Part shown: one piece after another, positions 1-9,150 of the stretch
Numbering within the stretch: position 1 is the first letter of the stretch
Layout: each line of letters starts with the position of its first letter
Origin: Myxococcota bacterium
GTDB taxonomy: Bacteria; Myxococcota; Kuafuiibacteriia; Kuafuiibacteriales; Kuafuiibacteriaceae
Assembly (NCBI GenBank): GCA_036788295.1
Contig: DAIQNR010000005.1
Span: 7,402-71,401 of the forward strand
Reading direction: 5' to 3'
DNA length: 64,000 bases
The notes under the pieces: model-generated
What the model saw: the letters and a program-made list of their open reading frames with translations, nothing else
What the model was told of the DNA's origin: nothing
Databases searched by the model: none
Translations under genes and position numbers: made by a program

Positions 1-850
1 CGTAGAAACTCTTCGCGGAATCGGCTCGGTGCCCCAGCGCTCCGCTCGGCACGCCGAGCACCCAAACCTCGACGCCTCGCCCTGGCTTCTCGATGCGCGC
101 CGCCATCGATCGGTGCTCCTCGGCGGAGACCTCCTTGGACAGCGCGAGCAGTACGACTTGGGCCTGGCTCATGCGAACCGCCCAGACCAGCTCCTCCCGG
201 GGCAACTCGGGCCCGAGGTACAGCGGATCGAGACCCCTGCTCGCGGCGAGCAAGGCGGCCACTAGCACCCGCATCTCTCGTCGGTGCCCAGCGGGGGTGC
301 TGAGCAGGATCTGCGGCGCGTCGGCCCGCGGCGGGGCGTAACGCAGCAGCGTGCTGACCAAACTGCGCAGCTGGGAGACGACCATCTGCTCTTGGGCCAT
401 CAATCCTCCGCTGGTCCACTCGGTCTCGAAGCCCTGCACCAGCGGCACCACCAGCCCGAACAGCAGCTCTCGATGGTCGAGAAAGGAGGCAGCCCGCATG
501 AGCACGTCCAAAGCCCGCCGCGCGTCGAAGCGCTCCACGGCGCGCCGGTAGTCTCCGCGGAGCTCGGCGATCCCGCGATCCGAGGCCAGCTGGCTCTCCG
601 GCGGGAGCGCCGGACTCTCGGGCGACTCACCGGAGAGCTGCTCGAGCGCCTCGATCGAGAGCTTGGCGATGCTGGAGATGGCGTGACCTTTCGAGGTCGC
701 GTCCCGGAGCAGGACCAGACGCCGGACTTCCTCGGCGGAGAACCGGCGGGTGTTGCCCGCGCTCCGAACGGGCTCGATCGCGCCGTAGCGGCGCTCCCAG
801 GCTCGAATGGTGTCCGCGCTGAGCCCGGTGAGCCGAGTCACCAACCGCAT
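1..850 (-). CDS. carH: CarH/LitR-family light-responsive transcriptional repressor, 3' end beyond window start. MerR HTH (MRLVTRLTGLSADTIRAWERRYG...TRRFSAEEVRRLVLLR) followed by a B12-binding-like region (…STPAGHRREMRVLVAALLAASRGLDPLYLGPELP…). ATG at 850 on the minus strand; GTG/TTG alternatives a few codons upstream.
   Basis: My own reverse-strand translation (no ORF in the track because there is no stop inside the window). MerR HTH plus cobalamin-binding-like domain order; last gene of the crtE-crtI-crtB operon, as with Myxococcus carA/carH. Confidence 0.6.
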   Translation of the reverse strand, partial: MRLVTRLTGLSADTIRAWERRYGAIEPVRSAGNTRRFSAEEVRRLVLLRDATSKGHAISSIAKLSIEALEQLSGESPESPALPPESQLASDRGIAELRGDYRRAVERFDARRALDVLMRAASFLDHRELLFGLVVPLVQGFETEWTSGGLMAQEQMVVSQLRSLVSTLLRYAPPRADAPQILLSTPAGHRREMRVLVAALLAASRGLDPLYLGPELPREELVWAVRMSQAQVVLLALSKEVSAEEHRSMAARIEKPGRGVEVWVLGVPSGALGHRADSAKSFY

Positions 851-893
851 CGGGTAGAGCCCAGATTCCAAGGCAGCGCTCGGGTCCACCCGC

Positions 894-1706
894 TCACCCC
901 CCCAGCGCGCGAAGCGGGGTCGAAGGGGCGAAAGCGAGATTCGCCACCTGCTCTGATTGTTCGTGCATGGGTACGTGCCCTGCGCCAGCTATGGCAAACA
1001 CCGTGAGCTTCGGCCACACCTCTCGAAATCGGTCCACCGAGTCGAGCACCGCGGAGAAGGTGCTCTCTCCGTGGATGATCTCAACCGGACCCCGAAATTT
1101 GGCCTGCTGCTCGAGCGGGACCGAGACGCCGTCGCAGAGCGCCCTCAGCAGACGGTAGTTCTCCTCGTGGGAGACCTCGGCGAAGCCTTCGGTCAAGCTC
1201 ACGCCGGCCGGGCGACGACCCCCGAGCGCCCCGTCGGTCAAGGCGCGCCCGAAAGGGTTCGCGAACGTGAGCCGATACAGGGCCGGACCAAGAACCGGGA
1301 GCAGAAAGATGCGAAAGTACCAGGGCACGAACGCGAATGGATCGACGAGAACCAGCCGCTCGAAGCGTTCGGGTTGCCGAGACGACAGGCGCATCGCCGG
1401 GCAGGCCCCGCCGCACGCAGCGATGACCTCGACCCGATCGAGCCCGAGCGCATCGATGGCCTCGGCGAGGCGGTCGGTCAGTCCCTCCGCGGTCCACTCG
1501 GTCGGTCGAGCGCTCCCGCCCACACCGGGCAGATCGAAGGCGTACAAGGTGGCTTCGGCGGGGAGGAAGCGAACGAGCGGGTCGAAGCTCGCGCTCGAGC
1601 CGCTCCAGCCGTGAAGGCCCACGAAGGGCCGCGTTCCCTGGCCATGCACGACGACCCTGCAGCCGGCGGCGCGGCGCTCCACGCCGAGGGTGGGTGAAGC
1701 GTTCAT
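894..1706 (-). CDS. alpha/beta-hydrolase fold protein inside the carotenoid operon
   Basis: 270-aa ORF with an alpha/beta-hydrolase-like fold (HGWSGS.., GGAC nucleophile-elbow-like, C-terminal GAGHVPMHE). Stop overlaps the crtB stop/start region; 44 nt upstream of carH. Confidence 0.65.
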   Translation of the reverse strand: MNASPTLGVERRAAGCRVVVHGQGTRPFVGLHGWSGSSASFDPLVRFLPAEATLYAFDLPGVGGSARPTEWTAEGLTDRLAEAIDALGLDRVEVIAACGGACPAMRLSSRQPERFERLVLVDPFAFVPWYFRIFLLPVLGPALYRLTFANPFGRALTDGALGGRRPAGVSLTEGFAEVSHEENYRLLRALCDGVSVPLEQQAKFRGPVEIIHGESTFSAVLDSVDRFREVWPKLTVFAIAGAGHVPMHEQSEQVANLAFAPSTPLRALGG

Positions 1707-2698
1707 CCTTCCCCTACGCGGCCGAGCAGCCGGGGGTTGCAGCCGGGGAGCCCCGCGAGCGCTCGATGCAGCTCCGGCGGGTGGGAAGGAGCCGGTCCGA
1801 GGCCGAGAAGGCGGGGCGCCACCGCGATGCCGAGCAGCGCGACCGCGGCCCGACGGATCTTTTCCCCCCCGCTCACGACGGTGCGGCCCCCCATCGGGTC
1901 GCCGCCCGCCCTCGTCAGCTTGTGGCCAATGGCCCGATACACCCGGCTCGCGACCAAGATCGCGACTCGAGGTCGAAACGGGATGTACCGCAGCCCCTGA
2001 TCGCCGCTTCGATAGTAGCGGTCGGCCAGGCGAACGACGTCGCCCACCACCTCGGCCAGGGCCCGCCTTCTCCCCTCGTCGGTCAGGAGCCGGCCCTGAA
2101 CCAAATCATCGGGGGACAGGCCTCGGTCGGCGAGCCGGGAGGTGGGCAGATACACCCGGCCCAGCCGCGCGTCCTCGGCCACGTCCCGGCAGATGTTGGT
2201 CAGCTGCATCGCCACGCCGAGGTCCACCGCGAACGGCGAAGCCTCCGCCGACCGAACCCCGATGATCGGGCACATCAGCAGCCCTACGGTGCCTGCGACC
2301 CGGTACCCGTACCGGATCAGCGCGTCGTCGTCGGGGACCCTAACCTCTCCGAGGTCGGACGCCACCCCCGCGAGCAGCTCGGCGGCGTGGGCCGGCTCGA
2401 TCCCCCGGCGATGCGCCACTTCGAGGAACGCGCCCACCACCGGGCCGGCCGCTGTCCGCCCGAACAGCTCGTCGTCGAGCCTCGCCACCGCCTCCAAACC
2501 GGCCGCGGGATCGGGGGCCTCATCGGCGGCGTCATCGGCGAATCGGCAGAAGGTGTACACCACGGCGGCGTCGGCGCGGTCCGCAGCGGGGAGAAACCGA
2601 GCCGCAAACGAAAAGCTCTTCGAGCCGGCGCCGAGCACCGCGTGGAAATCGGGGAGGACCGGCGCCTCCAACGAGACGAGCGCGCTGGCTTCGCTCAC
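1703..2698 (-). CDS. crtB: phytoene synthase (CrtB). Likely GTG start at 2698 overlapping the crtI stop; the ORF stays open to 2950.
   Basis: Squalene/phytoene synthase motifs (…GAGSKSFSFAARFLP…AVVYTFCRFADDAADE…, second Asp-rich region …NICRDVAEDARLGRVYLP…). Confidence 0.85.
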   Translation of the reverse strand: MSEASALVSLEAPVLPDFHAVLGAGSKSFSFAARFLPAADRADAAVVYTFCRFADDAADEAPDPAAGLEAVARLDDELFGRTAAGPVVGAFLEVAHRRGIEPAHAAELLAGVASDLGEVRVPDDDALIRYGYRVAGTVGLLMCPIIGVRSAEASPFAVDLGVAMQLTNICRDVAEDARLGRVYLPTSRLADRGLSPDDLVQGRLLTDEGRRRALAEVVGDVVRLADRYYRSGDQGLRYIPFRPRVAILVASRVYRAIGHKLTRAGGDPMGGRTVVSGGEKIRRAAVALLGIAVAPRLLGLGPAPSHPPELHRALAGLPGCNPRLLGRVGEG

Positions 2699-4233
2699 AC
2701 TGCGACCTTCGACCCCCTCGACGCCGCCGGCACGGGCACGCGCTCGGCGTCGGACGGCCGGGGCAACAGCTGCTCGGTCGCTTTCGCGGTCGAGAGCACC
2801 CCGGGCAAGCCGGCGCCGGGATGCACGCTCGCTCCGACGAAATACAGGCCGTCCACGTCCTCCGACCGGTTGTGGTACCGAAACCAAGCCGACTGGGTGA
2901 GGATCGGCTCGAGCCCGAACGCGGCGCCGTCCACGGAGCGCAGTTCGCACTCGAAGTGGTCGGGGGTGATGAAGTGGGAGGTCACGAGGTTGTCTCGCAG
3001 GCCGGGTACGCCCCGCTTCTCGAGCTCACCATAGATCCGGTCGAGGTACCGCTCGCCGAGCTCGCTCCAATCGAGCCCGCTTCGGTTGTTCGGAACCGGC
3101 GACAGAACATAGAAGTTCTCGTGGCCGGCGGGCGCGAGGTCTGGGTCGCTGCGCGTAGGAGCGTGGAGGTACAAGGAGAAGTCCTCGGCCAAGGTCTTCT
3201 TGTCGAAGATGTCCTTCAAGAGCCCCTCGTACCGGGGGCCGAGCACGATCGTGTGGTGGGCCAGGTCGGGATAGGTTCTCTTCGTGCCGAAATAGGCGAC
3301 GAACAGGCTCATCGACGGCCGGCGGCGGGCCACCGACCGGTCGGTGTGCTTCTTTCGGTGCTTCGCGTCCACCATCCGGGTGTACACGAAGGACGGGTCG
3401 GCGTTCGCGACCACGAACCGGCACGGGATGCGCTCCCCGCCTACGAGGTGGACAGCGGTGGCGCGACCGTCCTTCACCTCGATGGTCTCCACCGGCGCGC
3501 TGGTTCGCACCTCGACGCCGATGTCTTCGAGCAGCCGACCCAGCGACCGGACCACCGCCGCGGTCCCGCCTTTCGCGAAGTGCACCCCCCACTCGCGCTC
3601 GAGCCAGTGGATCAGCGCATAGATGGACGTAACTCGGAATGGGTTGCCGCCGACGAGCAAGGGCTGAAATGTGAACACCTGCCGGAGCCGCTCGTCCTCG
3701 ATGTAGCTCGAGACCATCGAGTACACGCTTCGGAAGCTCCCCAGCCGGACCAGGTCGGGGATGACCTTCAGCATGTCCGTGAGCTTGTCGAAAGGAACGT
3801 CGGCCAGCTTCAGGTAGCCGATGTCGAAGATCTGCTTCATCTTCTCGGCCATGCGCCGATAGTTGTCCACGTCGGGCGGGTTGAACTCCTTGATGCGGGC
3901 CAGGAGTCGCTCCTCGTCCCCGACGTAGTCGAACTTCGTCCCGTCGGAGAAGTCGATGCGGTAGAATGGGTCCACCGGCATCAGCTCGAGATAGTCTTCA
4001 CGCCGCCGGCCGACCAAGGAGAACAGCTCGTCGATGAGATAGGGGGCGGTGATGACCGTGGGTCCCATGTCGAAGCTGAAACCCTGATCCTCGATCACGC
4101 TGGCCCGGCCTCCGAGCTGGTCCCGAGCCTCGAGCAGCACCGTCTCGTAGCCCAGAGCCCGGACCCGAACCGCCGCGGCCAGCCCGCCGAAACCCGACCC
4201 GATCACCACCACCGGCTGCCGGTCGCCCGTCAT
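2695..4233 (-). CDS. crtI: phytoene desaturase (CrtI)
   Basis: N-terminal FAD Rossmann motif MTGDRQPVVVIGSGFGGLAAAVRV and CrtI-family body. ATG 4233 overlaps the crtE stop (ATGA). Confidence 0.85.
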   Translation of the reverse strand: MTGDRQPVVVIGSGFGGLAAAVRVRALGYETVLLEARDQLGGRASVIEDQGFSFDMGPTVITAPYLIDELFSLVGRRREDYLELMPVDPFYRIDFSDGTKFDYVGDEERLLARIKEFNPPDVDNYRRMAEKMKQIFDIGYLKLADVPFDKLTDMLKVIPDLVRLGSFRSVYSMVSSYIEDERLRQVFTFQPLLVGGNPFRVTSIYALIHWLEREWGVHFAKGGTAAVVRSLGRLLEDIGVEVRTSAPVETIEVKDGRATAVHLVGGERIPCRFVVANADPSFVYTRMVDAKHRKKHTDRSVARRRPSMSLFVAYFGTKRTYPDLAHHTIVLGPRYEGLLKDIFDKKTLAEDFSLYLHAPTRSDPDLAPAGHENFYVLSPVPNNRSGLDWSELGERYLDRIYGELEKRGVPGLRDNLVTSHFITPDHFECELRSVDGAAFGLEPILTQSAWFRYHNRSEDVDGLYFVGASVHPGAGLPGVLSTAKATEQLLPRPSDAERVPVPAASRGSKVAV

Positions 4234-5312
4234 CGCTTCGCCTCCATCAAGTCTCGAATGGGAGCCAGGGAGCGCTCGACGAGTCCGAGCGCCACCTCCC
4301 TGAGTCCAGCCTCCGCCGCGAGCAGCGGTGACTCCCGAACGCCTTCTTCGAGCTCGCGAATCCGGCCGATGACCGCGTCGACCGTGCCTCGGCTCTCGAA
4401 GCGCTCCGCGACCCGCTCTACGTCGCGGGCGCTCGTCTCCTCGCGCCCCTTCGCCAGCAGGGCCACGAGCCACTTTTCGTCCTCCGGGCAACGGCGCAGG
4501 TGCTCGGCCACGAGCGCGCTCACCCGGCCCTCTCGGACGTCACCGCCCGGCTCTCCGCGGCCCTTGTCGCCGTAGAGGTCGAGGACGTCGTCCTGGATCT
4601 GAAACAGGAGGCCGACCGGCCGAAACGCGTCGGCGAGCGCTTCCGCGACCTCCGGGGGCCTCCCAGCGAGAAGCGCCGCCCCGTGCACCGGGAGCACCAT
4701 CAGCGCCGAGGTCTTGCCCGCCGAGGCCTCCACGTACGAGTTCCAGTCCCACTGGCCGCTCTCGAGCAAGCACATCTCCAGCGATTGTCCCCGTACGGTG
4801 TCTTCGGCCCGGCGCGCGACCGCCCGGGCGAGCTGCCAGCGGGTCGCGTCGTCGCAGTCCAAGTGTTCCAGGGCGAGGTACGGCAGCATCAGGAGCAGGT
4901 CGCCGGCGTTGATCGCCTGCGAACGGCCGTGCCTGACCCACACCGTGAAGTGGCCGCGCCGGACCGGATCGCTGTCCTGCAGGTCGTCGTGCACGAGGCT
5001 CGCGTTGTGGAGGAGCTCGCATGCGGCCGCCCAGGCCACCGCGCTGCCCGCCGGCGCCCCGAGGGCGTCGAGGCTCGAGAGCGCGAGCTTCGCCCGCAGC
5101 CGCTTCCCCCCGGTGAACAGGTGCTCCTGCACGATCGCGCCGAGACGCTCGAATCGCCGACCGGCGGCCAGCTTCAGCATCAGCGCCTTGATTTCGGCCA
5201 GACGCGCGTCGGCGTCGATCGTGTCCTCCCCAGAGGAGGCGCCGCGGCTTTCGCGCAGGTCGTGCGGGCGTCCGGGCGGCGGGGCTCCGGGGTCGGTGCT
5301 CAACGAACTCAT
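4230..5312 (-). CDS. crtE: geranylgeranyl diphosphate synthase (CrtE, polyprenyl synthetase)
   Basis: First and second Asp-rich motifs (LVHDDLQDSD; IQDDVLDLYGD) typical of trans-IPPS. Confidence 0.8.
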   Translation of the reverse strand: MSSLSTDPGAPPPGRPHDLRESRGASSGEDTIDADARLAEIKALMLKLAAGRRFERLGAIVQEHLFTGGKRLRAKLALSSLDALGAPAGSAVAWAAACELLHNASLVHDDLQDSDPVRRGHFTVWVRHGRSQAINAGDLLLMLPYLALEHLDCDDATRWQLARAVARRAEDTVRGQSLEMCLLESGQWDWNSYVEASAGKTSALMVLPVHGAALLAGRPPEVAEALADAFRPVGLLFQIQDDVLDLYGDKGRGEPGGDVREGRVSALVAEHLRRCPEDEKWLVALLAKGREETSARDVERVAERFESRGTVDAVIGRIRELEEGVRESPLLAAEAGLREVALGLVERSLAPIRDLMEAKR

Positions 5313-5396
5313 GTGTGGGTCCTGGGGGAAATGCCGTGCGCCCGCGGCGGGCCGCGGCGAAGCAAAATCACGCGGCGACTCTCGAAATCGGGCCGA

Positions 5397-5421
5397 TGTC
5401 TGTCAATGATTTGTCTAACTC
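5397..5421 (-). promoter_or_regulatory. Putative CarH-type operator overlapping a sigma70-like -35 (TTGACA) upstream of crtE. On the minus strand it reads gagTTAGACAaatcaTTGACAgaca: two 11-bp-spaced direct repeats carrying the nAnnTnnACAn signature, in a local AT-rich island.
   Basis: Sequence inspection of the crtE upstream gap (5313-5475). The repeat geometry matches the TtCarH/MxCarH operator architecture known from the literature. Confidence 0.4.
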
Positions 5422-5475
5422 GGGGCCGACCATTCCTGGACCGGCGGCGGCAGGCCCCGGTCACCAGGTTTTGGG

Positions 5476-6696
5476 TCAGCGCCACGGCCACAGGGCCGAC
5501 CAGAGGATCGGGCCGCGGGGACCGAGTCCGGCCCCGACGAGGCGCCGCCGAAGATCCCAATCCGCCGCCGCGAAGACGCCGAGCATGGCCGCCCTCACCG
5601 CCGAAGGCGAAGCGGTCCCCGACAGATAGCCAGTCCACAGCGGGTCCGGCAGCGAGAAGAACGCGGTGAAGAAGCGCTGGAGCTGGGCCGTGTCGAGCCC
5701 GAGCAAGACTTCCGAGCCAAACCGGAACAAGTCGTGGGCCACCCGCTCGTCCCTCGACCACACCGCCGCCCACGCCCGCGCCGACCGGGCGTCCCGGTCC
5801 TCGCCGGACTCGAGCCCCTCGGCGACCGCAGCAGCGAGGCGGGGAGCCGTGCGGAGCACGCGCGCGAGCAGGTAGCCGCTCGCCGGGTGTACCTGGCGAG
5901 CCGCTCCGCCAAAACCCACCACCGGCTGCACCGCCGGCGGCGGCGGCCCCCCCATGGGAATGAAGCAACGCTCGACTTCGAGCACCCGCCCCACCGAGAC
6001 CCCGAGACGCCCGAGGCGAGACTGCAGCCGGGCCTCGAGCTGCTCGATCGGTAGCCCTGGACGGGCGACGAGCGACGTCTCCTCGAAGAACACCACCCGT
6101 TCGTCTTCGGGGAGGACATAGAGAAAGCTCGGGACGCGCGCGGCCTCCGTGGAGCGGTCGGGCGGCCGAAAATCCATGAGCACAGCCTCGCCCTCGGGAA
6201 AACGGTGCCCGCGCTCGAGCTCGGCCCGGATCCCGTAGGCAACTTGCCACCCTGGCGCGGGCCCGGGCCGATGGCGGAGCAGCCGGCTCTCATGGCCCGA
6301 AGCGTCGATCACCAGGTCGGCGCCCAGGGTTCCATCGCTCGTGCGCACCCAAAAGCGGTCGCCCTCGGGCTCCACCGCATCCGCCACCCCAACGACGCGC
6401 ACCGCGGAGGAGGCGTCGTCGAGCAGCCGCTCTCGCAGCCGGTCGTTCGCGACTCGTCCGTACGCCCGCGCGAAGGCCCGCTCCGCCGTATCGGAGCCGT
6501 GCACACGAACCCGAGGCCAGGTGCGCTCGAGCACCGACTCGAAGCCGGACACTTCGTCGACCCAAACTCCGTAGCCGTTGCGAAATGGGGCTTCGGGCTC
6601 CGGCGCCACCAGCGTCACCGCGAGACCGCGGCGGCACAGCGCGCCCGCCGCCGCCCACCCCGCCGGACCGGCTCCGATGACCAGCACCTCCGCCAC
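5476..6696 (-). CDS. lycopene cyclase, CrtL/CrtY family (FAD-dependent). Start set at GTG 6696 just before the Rossmann motif VAEVLVIGAGPAGW; the ORF is open to 7032.
   Basis: Motifs VLVIGAGPAGWAAAG, FLYVLP, FGGAARQVHPASGY match lycopene beta-cyclase (CrtL type). Confidence 0.75.
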   Translation of the reverse strand: MAEVLVIGAGPAGWAAAGALCRRGLAVTLVAPEPEAPFRNGYGVWVDEVSGFESVLERTWPRVRVHGSDTAERAFARAYGRVANDRLRERLLDDASSAVRVVGVADAVEPEGDRFWVRTSDGTLGADLVIDASGHESRLLRHRPGPAPGWQVAYGIRAELERGHRFPEGEAVLMDFRPPDRSTEAARVPSFLYVLPEDERVVFFEETSLVARPGLPIEQLEARLQSRLGRLGVSVGRVLEVERCFIPMGGPPPPAVQPVVGFGGAARQVHPASGYLLARVLRTAPRLAAAVAEGLESGEDRDARSARAWAAVWSRDERVAHDLFRFGSEVLLGLDTAQLQRFFTAFFSLPDPLWTGYLSGTASPSAVRAAMLGVFAAADWDLRRRLVGAGLGPRGPILWSALWPWR

Positions 6697-6883
6697 GCCT
6701 CCGCCTTCGCATGGCGACGGGTCCGCGAAAAGCCCGGCCGCGCATCTCCGCGAAAACCTCGACTTCGACCTCCGCGGCCCGTACGTGGAGGCCCGGCCGG
6801 TGCGCTCGAAGGGAGGATCCCAGTCCCCCCAGCGCGTCGGCCAAGACGGCGGAGACGGCGAAGCCGTTGACCGAGGCTGCGAC

Positions 6884-8020
6884 ATGAACGAACCGGGCAA
6901 AACGAGCACCATGATGTCGCTCGGCGATCCCTCGCGAGGGGATGTGGACGAAGCGGTGCTCGACGCGCCCGGGGGGTTCGCGTGGTGGTATGTGGACACC
7001 ATCGATGAGCACGGCGACGGCGCGGTGATCATCTGGTCCTGGGGTTTGCCCTTCCTCCCCGGCTATCTGTCCGGGGTCCGCGCCGGACGGGGGGATGCGG
7101 CGCGGGACCGCCCGAGCCTGAACGTGGCCCTGTACCGCGGGGGTCGCCGCCACTTCTACCTGCTTCAGACGTACGCGCCAGGCGAGGCCGAGCTGCTGGG
7201 CGACGGACGGTTCCGTTTCGGTCGCACCCGGATCGAGACTTCCTCTTCAGGGACGGTGCAGATCGACCTCGACTGCGATCTCTTCCGCACCAGCGAAAAA
7301 CTGACCGGACGTTTCGTCGTGGAGGGCCCACGAGCGCGGCTCGCCCCTGGCCTGTCGCCGAGCGACGATCGCAACCATCGCTGGACCCCGGTGCTCGGTC
7401 CGGCTCGGGCGCGGGCCGTGCTCGAGGTGGGGAGCGAGACGGTGCGCATCGACGGCCCCGCCTACCACGACCGAAACGAGGGCACGCAGCCGTTCGACCA
7501 GCTCGGAATCGACCACTGGTCATGGGGACGGCTCGTGACCGCGACCGAGACCTCCATCTGGTACGTCAACCACGCGCTCGACGGGCCCCCGATGGCGTGG
7601 GGCGTGCGCCTCGACGAGTCCGGGATCGTGCACCTCGCCGCCGAGCTCGAGCCCCGGTTCGAGCGACCCCGTAGCGGCCCATTCGGGCTTCGCACCTGGG
7701 ATCGCATACGGCTGCTCGACGCCAGCGGGTCCGAGTGGATCGCCGCCGACACCGGGCCGCGGGTGGACGACGGCCCATTCTATGCCCGAACGTTGAGCTC
7801 GGTCCGGTCCAGCGGGAGGGAGGGTCCCGGCCTCGGGGAGTGGATCGTGCCCCACCGGATCGACCTCTCCGTGCACCGGCCACTGGTGCGGATGGCGGTG
7901 CACAACGCGAGCGGTCCGAACTCGATTTGGCTTCCCCTCTTCAGCGGCCCGAAGGCCGGCCGGCTCGCCCGACTGCTCGGGCTCAAAAGGCGCCGAAACC
8001 TCGGTGAGACCGCCGCATGA
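6884..8020 (+). CDS. crtC: carotenoid 1,2-hydratase (hydroxyneurosporene synthase, CrtC)
   Basis: CrtC-family motifs GGFAWWYVD, PAYHDRNEG, HWSWGR, GPFYARTL. ATG at 6884 inside the longer open frame 6578-8020. Confidence 0.8.
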   Translation: MNEPGKTSTMMSLGDPSRGDVDEAVLDAPGGFAWWYVDTIDEHGDGAVIIWSWGLPFLPGYLSGVRAGRGDAARDRPSLNVALYRGGRRHFYLLQTYAPGEAELLGDGRFRFGRTRIETSSSGTVQIDLDCDLFRTSEKLTGRFVVEGPRARLAPGLSPSDDRNHRWTPVLGPARARAVLEVGSETVRIDGPAYHDRNEGTQPFDQLGIDHWSWGRLVTATETSIWYVNHALDGPPMAWGVRLDESGIVHLAAELEPRFERPRSGPFGLRTWDRIRLLDASGSEWIAADTGPRVDDGPFYARTLSSVRSSGREGPGLGEWIVPHRIDLSVHRPLVRMAVHNASGPNSIWLPLFSGPKAGRLARLLGLKRRRNLGETAA

Positions 8021-9150
8021 GCGCGAATTGGATCGTGGCCGTGCTCCCGCTGACCGTGTTCGCGGTGGCGCTCGTCAACCTCTTCCTCTGGCCACGAGGG
8101 CGACCGGGAACCCAGCTTCCCGGGACGCTTTCCGTGCTCATCCCGGCGAGAGACGAGGCGGGGCGCATCGAGCGCACGGTTCGGGCCGCGCTCGCCAGCA
8201 CCCACCCGGTGGCCGAGGTCCTCGTCTACGACGACGGCTCCAAAGACGCGACGCCCGAAATCCTGGCCGAGATCGCCGCTCAGGACCGGCGCTTGACGGT
8301 GCTCGTGGGCGGCGGTCTCCCGGACGGCTGGATCGGGAAGGCCCACGCTTGCCACCGCTTGGCCGAGGCAGCTTCCGGTGAGTACCTCTGCTTTCTCGAC
8401 GCGGACGTCGTCCTTGCTCCCCGGGGGCTCGAGCACTTGGCGGACGTGTTCGACCGGCTCGACGCCTCCGTGGTGACCGCGGTGCCGAGGCAGGAGGCCG
8501 GTACCTGGTTCGAGCGCCTCGTGCTGCCCCTGCTCCATCTCACCTATGTATCCTGGCTGCCCATGCCTCTCATCTGGCGCTCGAAGGATCCCCGGTTCTT
8601 GGCCGCGAACGGCCAGCTGCTCGCCCTGCGCGCGGACGCCTACCGCCGCTTTGGAGGTTACGAGTCCGTCCGCTCCGAGGTCGTGGACGACATGGCGTTC
8701 TGCCGAGCGGCCAAACGCGCCGGGCTGCGGGTCGTCTTCGCCGACGGCGCGTCGATGGCGACGTGCCGCATGTATTGCTCGGCCCGCGAGGTCTGGGAAG
8801 GTTTCTCGAAGAACCTGTACGAGGGGGTCGGGGCTCGTCCGGACGCCCTGCTGCTCGCCCTGGCGCTCAACGTGGGCGCCTTCCTGCTCCCGTGGGTCCT
8901 CCTTGCCGCAGCGATCTCGGACCCAGCCTGGCTCGCCCCAGCCGCGGTGGGCGTCATCGCCAACGTGAGCCAGCGGGGGCTGCTCGCCTGGCGGCACCGG
9001 CAGCCGTGGTCATCGCTGCTGCTTCATCCCTTGTCCATCTTGGCCCTGGTGGCGATCGCGGTGAACTCGTGGCGCTGGCAGGCTTCGGGCTCCATTTGCT
9101 GGCGAGGAAGGACGTACGCTCGTCGAGCGGAGCGGGGGGTGTCGGGATGA
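8017..9150 (+). CDS. family-2 glycosyltransferase, putative carotenoid glycosyltransferase (CruC/CrtQ-like), membrane-anchored
   Basis: GT2 signature LSVLIPARDEAGRIERTV…VLVYDDGSKDATPEIL plus C-terminal TM helices. ATGA overlap with the crtC stop and with the crtD start. Confidence 0.7.
   Translation: MSANWIVAVLPLTVFAVALVNLFLWPRGRPGTQLPGTLSVLIPARDEAGRIERTVRAALASTHPVAEVLVYDDGSKDATPEILAEIAAQDRRLTVLVGGGLPDGWIGKAHACHRLAEAASGEYLCFLDADVVLAPRGLEHLADVFDRLDASVVTAVPRQEAGTWFERLVLPLLHLTYVSWLPMPLIWRSKDPRFLAANGQLLALRADAYRRFGGYESVRSEVVDDMAFCRAAKRAGLRVVFADGASMATCRMYCSAREVWEGFSKNLYEGVGARPDALLLALALNVGAFLLPWVLLAAAISDPAWLAPAAVGVIANVSQRGLLAWRHRQPWSSLLLHPLSILALVAIAVNSWRWQASGSICWRGRTYARRAERGVSG

Noticed and set aside
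284-1006. 240-aa plus-strand ORF over the window start
   Set aside because: Antisense to the CarH/LitR-like gene that I translated on the minus strand (1-850). Composition typical of high-GC antisense frames.
6697-7032. Upstream extension of the lycopene cyclase ORF to 7032
   Set aside because: The FAD Rossmann motif (VAEVLVIGAGPAGW) sits 112 codons into that frame. The extension is Pro/Ser-rich and overlaps the crtC start region, so the start was placed at GTG 6696. This is uncertain.
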